Shown: in pieces, positions 39,770 to 51,120 of the stretch
Layout of the letters: each line of letters starts with the position of its first letter
Numbering within the stretch: the stretch's first letter is position 1
Virus record (IMG/VR): IMGVR_UViG_3300028888_000078
Coordinates: 39,415-103,414 of that record
Direction: 5' to 3' (one strand)
DNA length: 64,000 nt
From: a virus
Lineage: Duplodnaviria > Caudoviricetes
Made by a program: the position numbers and the translations under genes
Notes under the pieces: generated by a model
The model's database searches: none
What the model was told of the DNA's origin: nothing
What the model saw: only the letters and a program-made list of their open reading frames with translations

Positions 39770-40459
39770 TTATTCCTAAGTGAGTACTTCGTTTGTTAGA
39801 GTTTTATACCTAGGATCGGATTGATTCTCCACATACATCTGTGCTGCGATCTTAGTTATCTCTAACCATATATAATCATCAAAATCCTTGTACTCTTTAT
39901 ATGGATCTTGATTAGTTATTTCTTCCGGCACTTTAATATAACCTAAAGTGTAGGAGTATATCTTATAATTCTTGTCTGTTAACAGACGAAATCCATTTCT
40001 TGTTCTTATTCTAAGAGGACGTGCTCTATGATACTTATAATGAAAATCAGTAAGACTATTGTTTATTCTATACATAAAACTGTCTGCCGTACATTCAAAT
40101 ACGCACGTGTCCATCTGATGGTCACCGTCCATATCTGTTATAACAACATCTTCATTAAGTACAAACATCATGTCTTGTGGATAGCAGTAAGAATAACTAT
40201 CATAGTTAACATGACTAAAATCTTTACGGAATTTATAGTTTGTACCAGTTCTATATAATCTTATCAAATCTCTAGTACGCTTTTCATTCTGCTCATAGGA
40301 AGTCTTCTTAGGAGGATTTCCATTGAACCGATCTTTAACAAACTTAATAACAGCTTGATTAATCCAGAACAGTGAATCATCTGTAACAGGCTTTTGCAAA
40401 GAATTATCTAGTTTATTTATCTCAAGCTCAAAAGCTGCTATTAAATCAACTGTTCTCAT
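39770..40459 (-). CDS. Tail ring protein (~229 aa; ends NEVLTQE with TAG=Gln)
   Basis: AAFELEINK..SYEQNEKRTRDL..LGYIKVP..EITKIAAQMY; TAA 39770. Confidence 0.75.
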
Positions 40460-41276
40460 TATCGTTATTCTGTTGTCTAGCTTGCTGCCTCATTGCCTCC
40501 TACTGTCTACGCCTGTTTGCTTCTGCACCAGATACATACTGGATATAAAGTTCAAGTGCACCAGTAACAATGTCATCAAAACAATCTAAAGGAAGTTCGC
40601 ATGCAGTAGAAGTCATAAGATCAAAATGATCAGGTTCTTTGTAGTATAATATCTCTATACCAAGAGGTTCAGTATACTGATCATATATTACAGTAAGACT
40701 TTGCCCTTCTTTCTGTCCTGTTGTATCAGCAACGGTATTACTCAACACTGCAGCAGGTCTACGTAATATTCTAAGTGTATCATGAGGAGTTTCTATTAAA
40801 GTCCAGGCATCGGACTGTGATACCAACTCGTTCGGCAAAACTCTGATAGAGCTGTTATTATTTGCTTTATCAGATCTAAAACTAAACGTTTTAGTGACTT
40901 TTGATACACTTCTGACATACATGTAAAATAAAGGATCTAATGGATATACTATAGATCTACCGGTATTCATAACTTCAATACCATTTGGATCAATGAGATT
41001 GCTTGTGGCGTTTATTACGCCGGGATCCGTAACCGGTATCCAGTCACGCTTTAACAGCGATTGTAGTACACTTTCTACGTGAGCAGAGATCTTAGAACCA
41101 GATGGAATAGCATCAAGGCTACGATAAATATCGTGTATATATTTGTCTTGATATTGATTGAGGAACGAGTAGATCGTCTCAGTATCAAGCTTCTCTAATA
41201 ATTCCTTCTCAGGAATCATGGTTTGAACTCGTCTTTCGAATTCAATACCCATTTGTCTTGTTTCATCTAACGTCAT
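40446..41276 (-). CDS. Tail ring protein (~276 aa)
   Basis: MGIEFERR..IYSFLNQYQDKYI..YYKEP..CELP..DIVTGALELY; TGA 40446. Confidence 0.75.
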
Positions 41277-42055
41277 GCTTCAAGCCCTCTCATATTAAGT
41301 TTACTATTTAATCTAGCAGATTCTACATTCTCAAGAGCAAACGCTACAGCAAGGCTTACAAGTTCTTCCGCCATTGTACTATTACATTCAAACTGATATG
41401 CTTCTGGTAAATTTCCAGAGCCATTCCAATCGAAATACGATGCGTAATTTGCACTAGAGTATTGATTCAAATCTTTTACAAACGTATTTGGTATTTTGAT
41501 ATAAACAACTTCAACCTACTCGACCGTTGGCTTGTTTATAGGATCGTATACAACGTGAAGTTTTTTATCCTCTATATAACATACAGGATCTTTTACCCAA
41601 GGAATATTGTGAGGACTTGCAAAAAATTTAGTAGCCATGTCATGACTTACTAATTTTATTTGTAGACTTCTTGTATCTTCTCCATCCGCCGGGTCATAAG
41701 ACTCTTCTGTGCTATCTGGCAGTCTTGTTATTGTGTCCTATTTCATATATGCTGTAACATAATACAGCATAGATTCCGGAAGTGCTCCTTCTACTGAGTT
41801 AGAAACACGATTGTCTGCTGACATATCTATGGTTTCGTGCCGTACAAGAGGTTCAAGGTCTGCTATAGATTTTACATCTGATTCAAACACAGAGCGTCTA
41901 TAGTTATTCCCTGTTATTTTCTATGCAATCAGTGCGTTGTAAGCTTTATCAAGAACGGTAGCTATTTCGTATTCTGTTAACGATGGATATGACGAAGTAA
42001 CATTTGCCTTGTCATATTCTATCACGAACTTAGTATATATGTCTTTATGCGTCAT
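41273..42055 (-). CDS. Tail ring protein (~260 aa, TAG=Gln)
   Basis: MTHKDIYTKFVIEYDKA..EIATVLDKAY..AEELVSLAVAFALENVES; TGA 41273. Confidence 0.75.
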
Positions 42056-42073
42056 ATCACATGTTTATTAGAG

Positions 42074-42826
42074 TTATTTATTCTCTGTTTCGTTTATAAT
42101 CGAAAGCTTAAGGTCTTGATTCTTCTTACTATCCAAATATGCAATAGCATCATCAAGCGAGTCTGCAAACATATCAGAACCGTAGAAGTAGTGTGTCTTA
42201 TCTTTACGAATTACACCCTTAGCAATAGCGTTCTCAAGTAAGAACTCTGTCTCCTTAAACTTATTATTAACCCACTTGTCCATGAACTTCTTAGGTTGTT
42301 TATCGACGATGCCAAACAATGTAGACTCTACGAGTTCATTAGACATACGATCAGGATTAGCACCAAACAGACGCAGACACTTACGCATTTGCTCAAGCGA
42401 CAATGTATCAAACTGCTTAATGGCATCGCGACGAAGCTTGTTCTGCTTGTTCTGCTCAATTGCCTCGGCTTCACGATTAATCAACAGATAGTCTTTACCA
42501 GCGTCAAGCTTATCGAGTGTAGTAGCAACACGCTTATGACCTTCCAAGAATTTGATCATCATAGCTTGACGAGGAATAGAATCGTCAAGCAGTAAACCAC
42601 GTGCACCAACTTTTACAGAGAATGTATTCCAGAACTCTGATGTTTTAGCAAGATGTCCTTCAGGATAACCCAAAGCTTTCTCATAATATTTCTCATCTTC
42701 TGGGGTGAGACCCGTATAAATCGACCCGGAACGTGTAAAGTACGGAGCAATATAATCAAAACAATTCCTATACTTTATAAAAGATCCCCAGGGATTCTTC
42801 TTCTTAATCTTTAATTCAACTACCAT
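42074..42826 (-). CDS. Conserved crAss protein downstream of MCP (~250 aa, no TAG)
   Basis: Likely start MVVELKIKKKNPW (the longer track start runs through a hairpin); TGLTPEDE..FW..AIAKGVIRK..YFYG pattern. Confidence 0.75.
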   Translation of the reverse strand: MVVELKIKKKNPWGSFIKYRNCFDYIAPYFTRSGSIYTGLTPEDEKYYEKALGYPEGHLAKTSEFWNTFSVKVGARGLLLDDSIPRQAMMIKFLEGHKRVATTLDKLDAGKDYLLINREAEAIEQNKQNKLRRDAIKQFDTLSLEQMRKCLRLFGANPDRMSNELVESTLFGIVDKQPKKFMDKWVNNKFKETEFLLENAIAKGVIRKDKTHYFYGSDMFADSLDDAIAYLDSKKNQDLKLSIINETENK

Positions 42827-42849
42827 AATTATAATAATTAGTATGTTGT

Positions 42850-42884
42850 GATGCCGGGCGGGGGCCGAAGCCCCCTCGGACATC
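42850..42884 (-). promoter_or_regulatory. Stable C(UUCG)G hairpin downstream of MCP
   Basis: Minus strand GATGTCCGAGGGGGC-TTCG-GCCCCCGCCCGGCATC; no U tract follows. Confidence 0.65.
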
Positions 42885-42901
42885 AGTATTTCTTATTGAT
42901 A

Positions 42902-44425
42902 TTACGCACCAATATTAATGCCACCGTCGTTGCAGATCTCAGTATCTTCTGCATCGCAGTACAGAATACCACAGTTCAGCGGGTTGCGAACCATGATACC
43001 TTCCTCACCAAGGAAGTGAACCTGGTAACCATCACGGCTGTTAGAACGCAGCGTGTTGATGCTGTTTGCATAACCCTGAGGTGATACAGAACCACCAGTG
43101 TACCACTGTACGAACTCACGACCCTTACGACAAACCTTAACAACATTAGCCTGGCCGTCGAAGTTGCTGATGTTGACGAACAGGAACGTGTAAGACATCA
43201 GGGGCTTACCAGTCAGCGGATGGAGCTGACGGAACATCTCCATATTGTCGAACAGAGGACAACGCTTCAGAGACAGCGTGATACCATTTGTCATGTTGTA
43301 GGTAGTAAACTGACCACCGAGAGTCAGGTTCTGACCACTACCGGTAACGAAGATATTCTCACACATATTGAAGCTAGCAACCTTCTCCTTCAGAATACGG
43401 TCGAACTCACGAATACCCATCTCACCAGTCAGAGCAACGAAACGACGCTCGTTGGTACCCAGAATGTCGTAGCAGAGGTCGAAGAGATAGTCCTCGAACA
43501 GCTCAGCGGTCAAGTGATGATAGTAACGAATGTTAGCCGGGCTAATCTGCTCGAACAAACCACTCATCGTAGGTGCGGGTCTGCCGTTTGTCCCTTTATT
43601 AAGATAAGTACCATCAGCCAGACGGTTGCTCTTAGAGAACAACAGCTGATACTCCTCACGCTTCTTCCACTCACGGAGTGCTAGCCAGTACTGATAATCG
43701 GCCCACAGATAGCTCTTCTTACCGGTCTCGGGATCCTGCAGAGCAATAGCCAGAACAGTTGAATATGCGTCACCAGTAATATCATAAGTCAGACGGAGAG
43801 TCTGCAGATGGCCACGCATCTTAAACGGAGTCTGATAGTTGATGATATCTGCCTCATCACTGTACTCCTCGTAAGCAGAACCCAAACGGCTTACCTGACG
43901 ACCAGGAAGCAGGAACTCACCGGGGATGTAAGCAGCCTGTGCTCCATCAACAACATATACCTCATATACCCAAGCGCTACCATCCTGATAAGGAACACCG
44001 TTTACACGAACCTGGAACTTATAATCGTCAAATGACAGAATTGCACCAGGGCCGAACCAGCGCTCTTCGAGAGCGAGGTAAATAGGAGTACCATTCAGAC
44101 CAGGAGTCTCAGAAATGTAGTTAGCGGAAGTAATCTCCTTACCGTTCCACTTAGCCCAGCGAATGTTAATAGCGTGCTCACTGTCAACATGTACAGCCCA
44201 CTCAAACTCGCGGTTGTCAATAATCATTGTCTTGCCAAGACCACCGGTGAGCAGGTCGATGGTAGTAGAAACACCGTCGTCTTTTGTACCAAATACCAGT
44301 GAAAGCAGACCAGACACCTCATGAGGTCTAGTCAGCAGGGCGTTAGAAATCATGTTTTCATCTACCAGGTCCGAGAAACGACGTCCACGGTACAGCTGGA
44401 GATTGTTAAGTAAAGTATTATTCAT
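42902..44425 (-). CDS. Major capsid protein (507 aa, no TAG)
   Basis: MNNTLLNNLQLYRGRRFSDLVD..FEWAV..GLFEQI..TGEMGIREFD..LGGQFTTY..HPLTGKPLMSY; strongly biased codons; position after scaffold-like gene. Confidence 0.9.
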   Translation of the reverse strand: MNNTLLNNLQLYRGRRFSDLVDENMISNALLTRPHEVSGLLSLVFGTKDDGVSTTIDLLTGGLGKTMIIDNREFEWAVHVDSEHAINIRWAKWNGKEITSANYISETPGLNGTPIYLALEERWFGPGAILSFDDYKFQVRVNGVPYQDGSAWVYEVYVVDGAQAAYIPGEFLLPGRQVSRLGSAYEEYSDEADIINYQTPFKMRGHLQTLRLTYDITGDAYSTVLAIALQDPETGKKSYLWADYQYWLALREWKKREEYQLLFSKSNRLADGTYLNKGTNGRPAPTMSGLFEQISPANIRYYHHLTAELFEDYLFDLCYDILGTNERRFVALTGEMGIREFDRILKEKVASFNMCENIFVTGSGQNLTLGGQFTTYNMTNGITLSLKRCPLFDNMEMFRQLHPLTGKPLMSYTFLFVNISNFDGQANVVKVCRKGREFVQWYTGGSVSPQGYANSINTLRSNSRDGYQVHFLGEEGIMVRNPLNCGILYCDAEDTEICNDGGINIGA

Positions 44426-44447
44426 ATATATTTATAATTCTTGTGCG

Positions 44448-45629
44448 TCAGAACATACCACCTATAAGGTCGGTTACTGACTTCTGTTTATCATCGGCAT
44501 TATAAGTGCTATGATTCTTTGCACTATGCCTCAACATTTTCCTAAGTTTTTCAGCAGCGGATGTTTCTCCTGCCTTCGTCGCGTTATTGATTAAAGTATC
44601 AGCTTTCATCGTAAAATACGCAGACTCAATAAGGTTCTTTGATAGATTCTTATTAAAGTCTTTAGTATACTGCGATTGGCCGTTCTGATCCACTTTGAAA
44701 ATGTAATCGAACAAAGCTTGACGATCTTCCTTAGGAATAGCGATGCCGCGAATATTAGTAAGCGATTTGATGTCGTTACTTACTGTGTTAAAGAATTGTC
44801 TTGATTGTTCTTCCTATTGTCGTGCAAATTCTTCCTATTGTCGTTTAGCTTCTTCAACCTCAGCCTGCCTAAGCTGCTTCAATCTATCTAAAGCATCCTC
44901 AGATTCCTCATACAGCATGTCACCATCTTCATAGCGTTCAATCTTTTTATTAATCTGCTCGTTGGTGTAACCATTACGCTGCATGAGTTCACGTATAACT
45001 GCCTTTTGATTATTCTCGTCTTCGAGGTTGATGTCCTCAAGAGTAATAGCTGCTTGCTGTTTCTCATAGAAGTCCTCAAACTTACCACCATTCTTTACAT
45101 ACTCATCGAGCTTCTGTATACGCTCGTCTGCATATTGTGGTACAGAGTTCTCTTGTACAACATCACGCATGTATTCGGTCAGTTGATCTACAGTAAGAGG
45201 TCTACTCTTTTCATCAATCTCATCCATATTCCACCCAAGTGAATTACCAAGGGCATCAAAGAACAGCCCTACTTGTTCAGCTTCTATCACATCTGCATCT
45301 GTAGGTTCGTTATTATTTGGATCCTCTACAGGTGGTTCTGTTATAGGTGGTTCAGGATTAGTTACGCTAGGAGGGATTGGAGAATCGTCATCCTTTGCGT
45401 TTGGATCCGGTTTATCCGGATCGTCTACATTGCCGTCCTCAGGATCTTTCTTCACTGGCGGCTCATTCTTAATTGGTTCATCGATTGGATCGTCATCATC
45501 GTTGGGATTAACAAAGTAACCTCTATCATCAGTTAATTGTGTAACCTCTTCTTGGCCTTCAGCATTAGAATAAATGCTTCCAAGAACATCTTCAAATCCG
45601 CTCGGAATTGTATTCTTTTTCTTTGCCAT
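44448..45629 (-). CDS. Acidic scaffold-like/head assembly protein (~393 aa, 2 TAG)
   Basis: D/E/P-rich N-terminal half and helical C-terminal half; directly upstream of MCP; TGA 44448. Confidence 0.7.
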
Positions 45630-45666
45630 ATTATAATATGTAAGTTAATTTGTACAGTTTATTCTG

Positions 45667-45975
45667 TTATTTTTGTATTTCTAAACTGGGAATGGTTTTT
45701 GGTGTACCGTCTTCGTTTAATTCTCCATGAATCATTTTGTATGCAATATTTTCAGTATGAATTAAACCATCTTCATCCGTATAATCTTCATATTTAAAGT
45801 TATCGGGATACTGTTGAATCCAAAACTATACATCTGGAAATCTCTTTTCAATTTCCTTAAACACTCTTGCGAATTCATATACACTACCTTCAGTTTGTTC
45901 TGTAAGATCATAACTGAGTCTGTGAACTTTGCCATCTGTACATTTAATGGCAGTATGTACTATATAACTATTCAT
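45667..45975 (-). CDS. Hypothetical protein (~102 aa, 1 TAG)
   Basis: MNSYIVHTAIKCTDGKVHRL...SLEIQK; fills the intergenic gap only under code 15. Confidence 0.6.
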
Positions 45976-45984
45976 AATTAAATA

Positions 45985-48477
45985 TTAATGTTTCCACTTT
46001 TTTGCGTTCTAAGCAAATATAGCTCTCTTACGCGTTAAAGGATTTTTACTATGTGTTAATTCTTCTGTTGTTTTACCAGTACGCTTTTTAGTAGCATTAA
46101 ATTTACCACGATTGGCTGGTTTAATTCTTATTTTGCCGTCTTTGTATTCTGGAAGTTTTCCATCACTAAATGGAATCAGTGGGCCTAATATAGGATGTTT
46201 CTGTATCTTTGTATACATGTTTGCTATTGGATCTAAGAATATATCATATAAAAATCCCATCGGATTATCAGAATATCCCCAATTCCTTGCCATTCTATCT
46301 GCATCCTACATCTTCCATGCTCTAGACGCGCCACGAGTCTATTCGTTAGCTTCACGCCAACGTTTGTACATCTCTGCTTTCTCCTTAAGGCGTCTCTCTG
46401 CCAACTAATCTCCAACAAGTCTAACGGCTTTCATTCCTACAAGCATGGACATTAATGGGTCTTCTCCGCTCATGCCCTGTTCGTGAGAAGCATTCTGAGC
46501 CGCCTATTTTACTTCTTCGTCAGTAAGCTATCTCTGTTCTCCCATAGGAAGTTCTCCTTCGAAATATCCAGGAAGTTTGCCATTCCTATATCGTTTATCT
46601 TGTGGAACCATCATTGCTCCTCCAGCAACTGCAGGCACTTTTAAAAGCATATCTTTGAAGTTGTTGTAGAAGTGTGCTTGTTCTGGAGTGAGAGGCATTA
46701 CATCAGGCATTCCGAGATGTTTAATACGTTGCTCACTAGCATCTCTATTGTATACACTAAGTTTAGACGCCATATCCTCTATCTCTGCAGGTGTTATACG
46801 ATTTACCACATCTTCAAAATCTTTTCCGACAGGGAATCCGTAACGCTTTCCAATCGCATATTCAAGTTCACTGAGCATTGCTCCACCTTCATTGACAAAG
46901 TTAAAATCAGGATGTTCTTTTATGAACTTCTCACTAAATGGGAACATGCGTTCCATTATCATAGCCTACTCTGGGGTATAATTATAATACTGTTGCAGAT
47001 AATGTTTGAACTCATGTGGAACAGCGATATCCATCAACCGATCGTTGTTTACAATCTTGTTGCTGAACAACATTCCTTCCGGCCCATACAGAGCATTTAT
47101 ATTTGTATTTTCTGGAAAATCTGCGCTATTAAGAACAGGCTCTTCGGATGGGAGTTTTGTCTTATTATACTTCTGAGTCTTTTGATCAGTGATCTTCTAA
47201 GTATATTCAGTTTGCTGTTTATACTTCTTTGGATCTATCCTAGTTTTAGGTTTGCTAACAAGATCTTCTGATACTTCTTGAGCGTTTAGCATCTTCTTAG
47301 TAGAAGCCTTCGTTGGGTTTATTGCCTTCTTTACAGCCTTTTTGGTATTCTTGATTAATTCTTTTGAAGAATCTTTTGTAATTTTCCCTCCAGCACCTGT
47401 AAGTATATCCAGCAAAACGTTTGCATGATCTGTTATATCTGCAATACCTCTTACCTCTTTATTCCAACTTTCAAACTACTACTATAGCCCTCTCGCCACA
47501 TTTCCCAAACCACCTTCTACAAACTACTAAAAGAATGGTTTATTATAATCTCTCCAAGTAGAATTTGCATAACTACTTAATGGCGACCAACGGTGCCCCT
47601 GCTATATTGTACCTTGATTTTGTACAATGATATCTTCTATCTACTATGGTGTAAGTCCGTTTTGATATCTTGGCAACTTACCATCAGCATATGCGTTTTT
47701 AAATCTATCCCACGTAGGAGTATATTCCTCTATAGTATCTACTAATTTTTGTATACTTAGAGGTTTAGCCATTTCGAAGTTCTATACAAACGTATGACTT
47801 GGAAGTTCTGTAGCCTACTACATCCACGTAGAAGGCACTGTCTATTGCTGTATAGTAGGAATAGTAGATACTCTAGTAGCATCTGGTACTGCTATAATTG
47901 GCTCGGGTTTTGTCTCTGGAATAATGAAACCTCCGAGTACAGGGTCTGAAAATAGTAACTACTGCTCCTTCATTCTACGTGTACGAAGTCCTGGATTTGC
48001 AGAGTCGTTCCATCCTGCGTCTACTTCTTTTATAGCTTTTGCATACTGTCCAGACCTCCAATATTTCATAAACTTGGTATCATCTTCAAATCCGGAAGGA
48101 TAATTATAATGATACGACGTGAGAGCTTTCTTACTGTCGTTAGATAAAGAATCCCACACTGCAGGACCAAGTTTCTTTCTAAGTTTTGCCTATCTAAATG
48201 CGATTTGTCTTTTTAACTCAGCATCCGCTTCAGCCTTTGTTATTCTTCCTTTGTTTACAAATTTAGCATCCGTAAAACCGTATCCAATAGTGGGTATCCC
48301 CTTTCCATCTAGATATGTTTTATCTCTAAACCCTTCATACTGTTTAAGAAAATCGGCGGTGTCTTCAATAGTACTTTTACCTCCAGCATACCCAGGCAAT
48401 CCATAGATCTCTCGTACAGATTTACCTTCTTTATACGCTTTAAAGCGCTCTCTAAATTTACTTGGATCTCTATACAT
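45985..48477 (-). CDS. Modular putative virion protein (~830 aa, TAG=Gln): GH24 lysozyme + zincin + basic C-terminal domain
   Basis: Five fragments in frame; EGFRDKTYLDGKGIPTIGYG (E-x8-D-x5-T), GLRTRRMKE, HEFKH (47002-47016), C-terminus IRIKPANRGKF..RKRAIFAQNAKKWKH. Confidence 0.8.
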
Positions 48478-48631
48478 AAGCAGGATCTATTCTATTACCG
48501 ATTATGTTAGCAATGATGTTGGTAATGAAATCATCGCCTCCATCATGCCAAACATATCTCAGTATAAGTTTCAACAATTGATTGTTCTCTCGTGTAAGCT
48601 ATAGAAGCTCTTGTTCTTCAGCGTACGTCAT
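48458..48631 (-). CDS. Small hypothetical protein (~57 aa, 2 TAG)
   Basis: MTYAEEQELLQLTRENNQLLKLILRYV..DDFITNIIANIIGNRID; ATGA overlap with portal stop. Confidence 0.6.
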
Positions 48632-51117
48632 CGCTCTCCCGATGTTTTGTTACGAAGAGCATAGCGCCCTTTAACCTTCTCACGCTCAAGAGCCGCGTCA
48701 TCCTTCTGCTTCTGTAGTGCCATCTCGTGCTTCATCTTCTCACGTTCGAGCTCAATCTTCTTGTCTTCTATATTCTTCTTCTGATTTGCTTCGTAACGCT
48801 TCGTATAAGCATCGGATTGCAGCTTCTACTGCTGAATAGCAATATCGTACATTTCCTGCGGATCTGGGATATTGTTCTGATTGATATCTTTCTCCTCAGT
48901 ACCACGATAAGTAGATATCTCAGCAACCGCAATCTTAGTCTGATTGTCAGCATCGATCTTGTAACGCTCAAGCTCCATCTTAGCCTCTTCAAGCATAAGC
49001 TCTTGTTCACGAGCTTCATTCTGCATTTGTTGCAGTTGTATAGCTTGTTGTTGCTCAGCTTCTTGTTGCTGTTGCATTTGCTGTTCTTGACGTTGCTGCA
49101 TCTCTAGAAGCTTCTGCTTGATGATGTTAAAGTTGTCATTTGTAAGTACTTCAGCTGCTTCAAGCAAGCTAGCACCGTTTTGCATAGCAGGTTGAATAAG
49201 TTGTTGTAACTTCTGGATATTCTCCATATCCTTAGAAGTATCGCTTACAAATACATCCATATCTTCATAGTAGAACTTATCTTGGATATCAACAAAAGCA
49301 CGTTCTCCATTATCAAATATATAACTAAGCTTCTTCTTACCTGTTTGCTACCAAGCCCCTTTAGCTGTATTTAAAAGCATGTTGAGCACATGTTTCTTAC
49401 ATTGATTGTGTGCCCAGAACAAAGGTTCTGTGATATGAGAAGACTATACAACAGATCTCTCTACATTACCTACAAGTTCATTAGAACTAATAGCGCCTTC
49501 ACGCTGTTCTGTAATACCTGATATAGTACCTGCCAATTGCTCAATCTTGTCCATCAGCTGAATATACTCAGCTATTACGTTCGACATAGTAAGATCGAGA
49601 GCAGTGATCTGATTAAATGTAGCAGGCTTTCCGCCTTCTCTACCTGCGATGTTCCAACCTTCTTCATAAGGATTAATAAAGTTTACGCCTACAGAAGATA
49701 AGTAGTGCATCCATCTGTCAGGAGTGATATTCATAGATTTTGGGATCTATGTAATATCCATGTTTACTACCTTTCCCTTATCTCTGGCTATAGCTAACTC
49801 AAGTCTATACCACAATACAATATACATATATTGCAGAGGCTTAAGAATGCTTACAAGAGAACGTGGCCTACTGTTGGTATTAGAGTAGACACATCCACAA
49901 TATGGAAGCTTTTGAGAATTAGGGTTATCAATTGATACATGCTGGTACTCAACAGGCTGAATACCAAAATAAAGATCAGATCCTGCACGGTATCCTTCCC
50001 AAACTTCTATAATCCAGTCCGGCTCAACTGATATCTCCTGTCCTGTCTTCTTGTAAGACTCGTCCATAATTTCTACTTGTGCCTGACCGGCTTCATCGAA
50101 GTATGTAACATAGTATATCTTCTTAAATGATTTCCAGCAGCAGTGCCATACATTTATAGCATATCTAGTCTTCTAATCCATAGTAGGATTGTCATAGATA
50201 TGGAATTGTATACCACCACCAAAGTTGTCTACAGGAGGTCTATCTCCAAGATCATTGGCGTGCCTACTGCCCATCATCTCATTAAGCTTGTTTAAATCTT
50301 TTTCGCTGAGTTTATTATAATAGCGATCGTATATTTCGGCTACAGGCATCCTCATCCTACGACAACACCAGGAGCCGTCTTCTACAAACTCCAAATCAGG
50401 GCTGTGATCGTAATCAAAGTATTCTGGATTTACTCTCTCCATATAAGGCTCATCATTCATCACTCCAACGTAGTAGAATTCAGTACCTGCAATAAGAGCG
50501 TCTTTCCAACCTTTAATAAACTCGTTATCTAGATTTAATTTTTCCCGTAAATAAGTAAGGGTATGGTATGCTGTATTTTCTATAACATCTTTATAATCCT
50601 TCTACATGTATTTAGCTATAGCTTCAGGAGGCATTATCTCGCCAGACTGTAACTATTGCTAAAACTATTGTGCTTCCTCAGGACCCATCTGAGAAGTAAT
50701 AGATGCCATAATATATTGTATAAGCATCTCTTTCTCTTTGTCCATTAGTTCAGAAGCTGCTTCTTGCGATGTTCTCACTACCCTGAAGTTCATCGGCCTC
50801 TTTGTCTCTTCACCTATAAGGAGGTCTACCTTAGGCCTTATTATATTGAAATCTTGAGGTGTAGCGGGAAATCCGTCTTCTACTTTAAACGGATTCGTAA
50901 TACGCTTGAAGTCCTTCTCATCAAATATAGAATTATAAAGATTATAGTAGGTTTGTATCTCTCCGAATCGCGTCTTATTCATACCTCCTGACGCAACGTT
51001 TCCCTCTCCGATAATCCAGTTAACACATTCGTGTTGCCACTGCTCATCTTTCTTTTTTAATGGCAGTTTCTGTTGAGGAAATGATACGTTATATAAATTG
51101 TCATCTACTCTAACCAT
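48628..51117 (-). CDS. Portal protein (~829 aa, TAG=Gln)
   Basis: FPQQKLP..NIIRPKVDLLIGEE..LELAIARDKGK..GITEQREG; Q-rich coiled C-terminus; adjacent to terminase; TGA 48628. Confidence 0.9.
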
Positions 51118-51120
51118 ATA

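Noticed and set aside
42827-42883. N-terminal extension MSEGASAPARHH of the post-MCP ORF
   Set aside because: It runs through the UUCG hairpin; the ATG at 42826 has the typical AT-rich leader.
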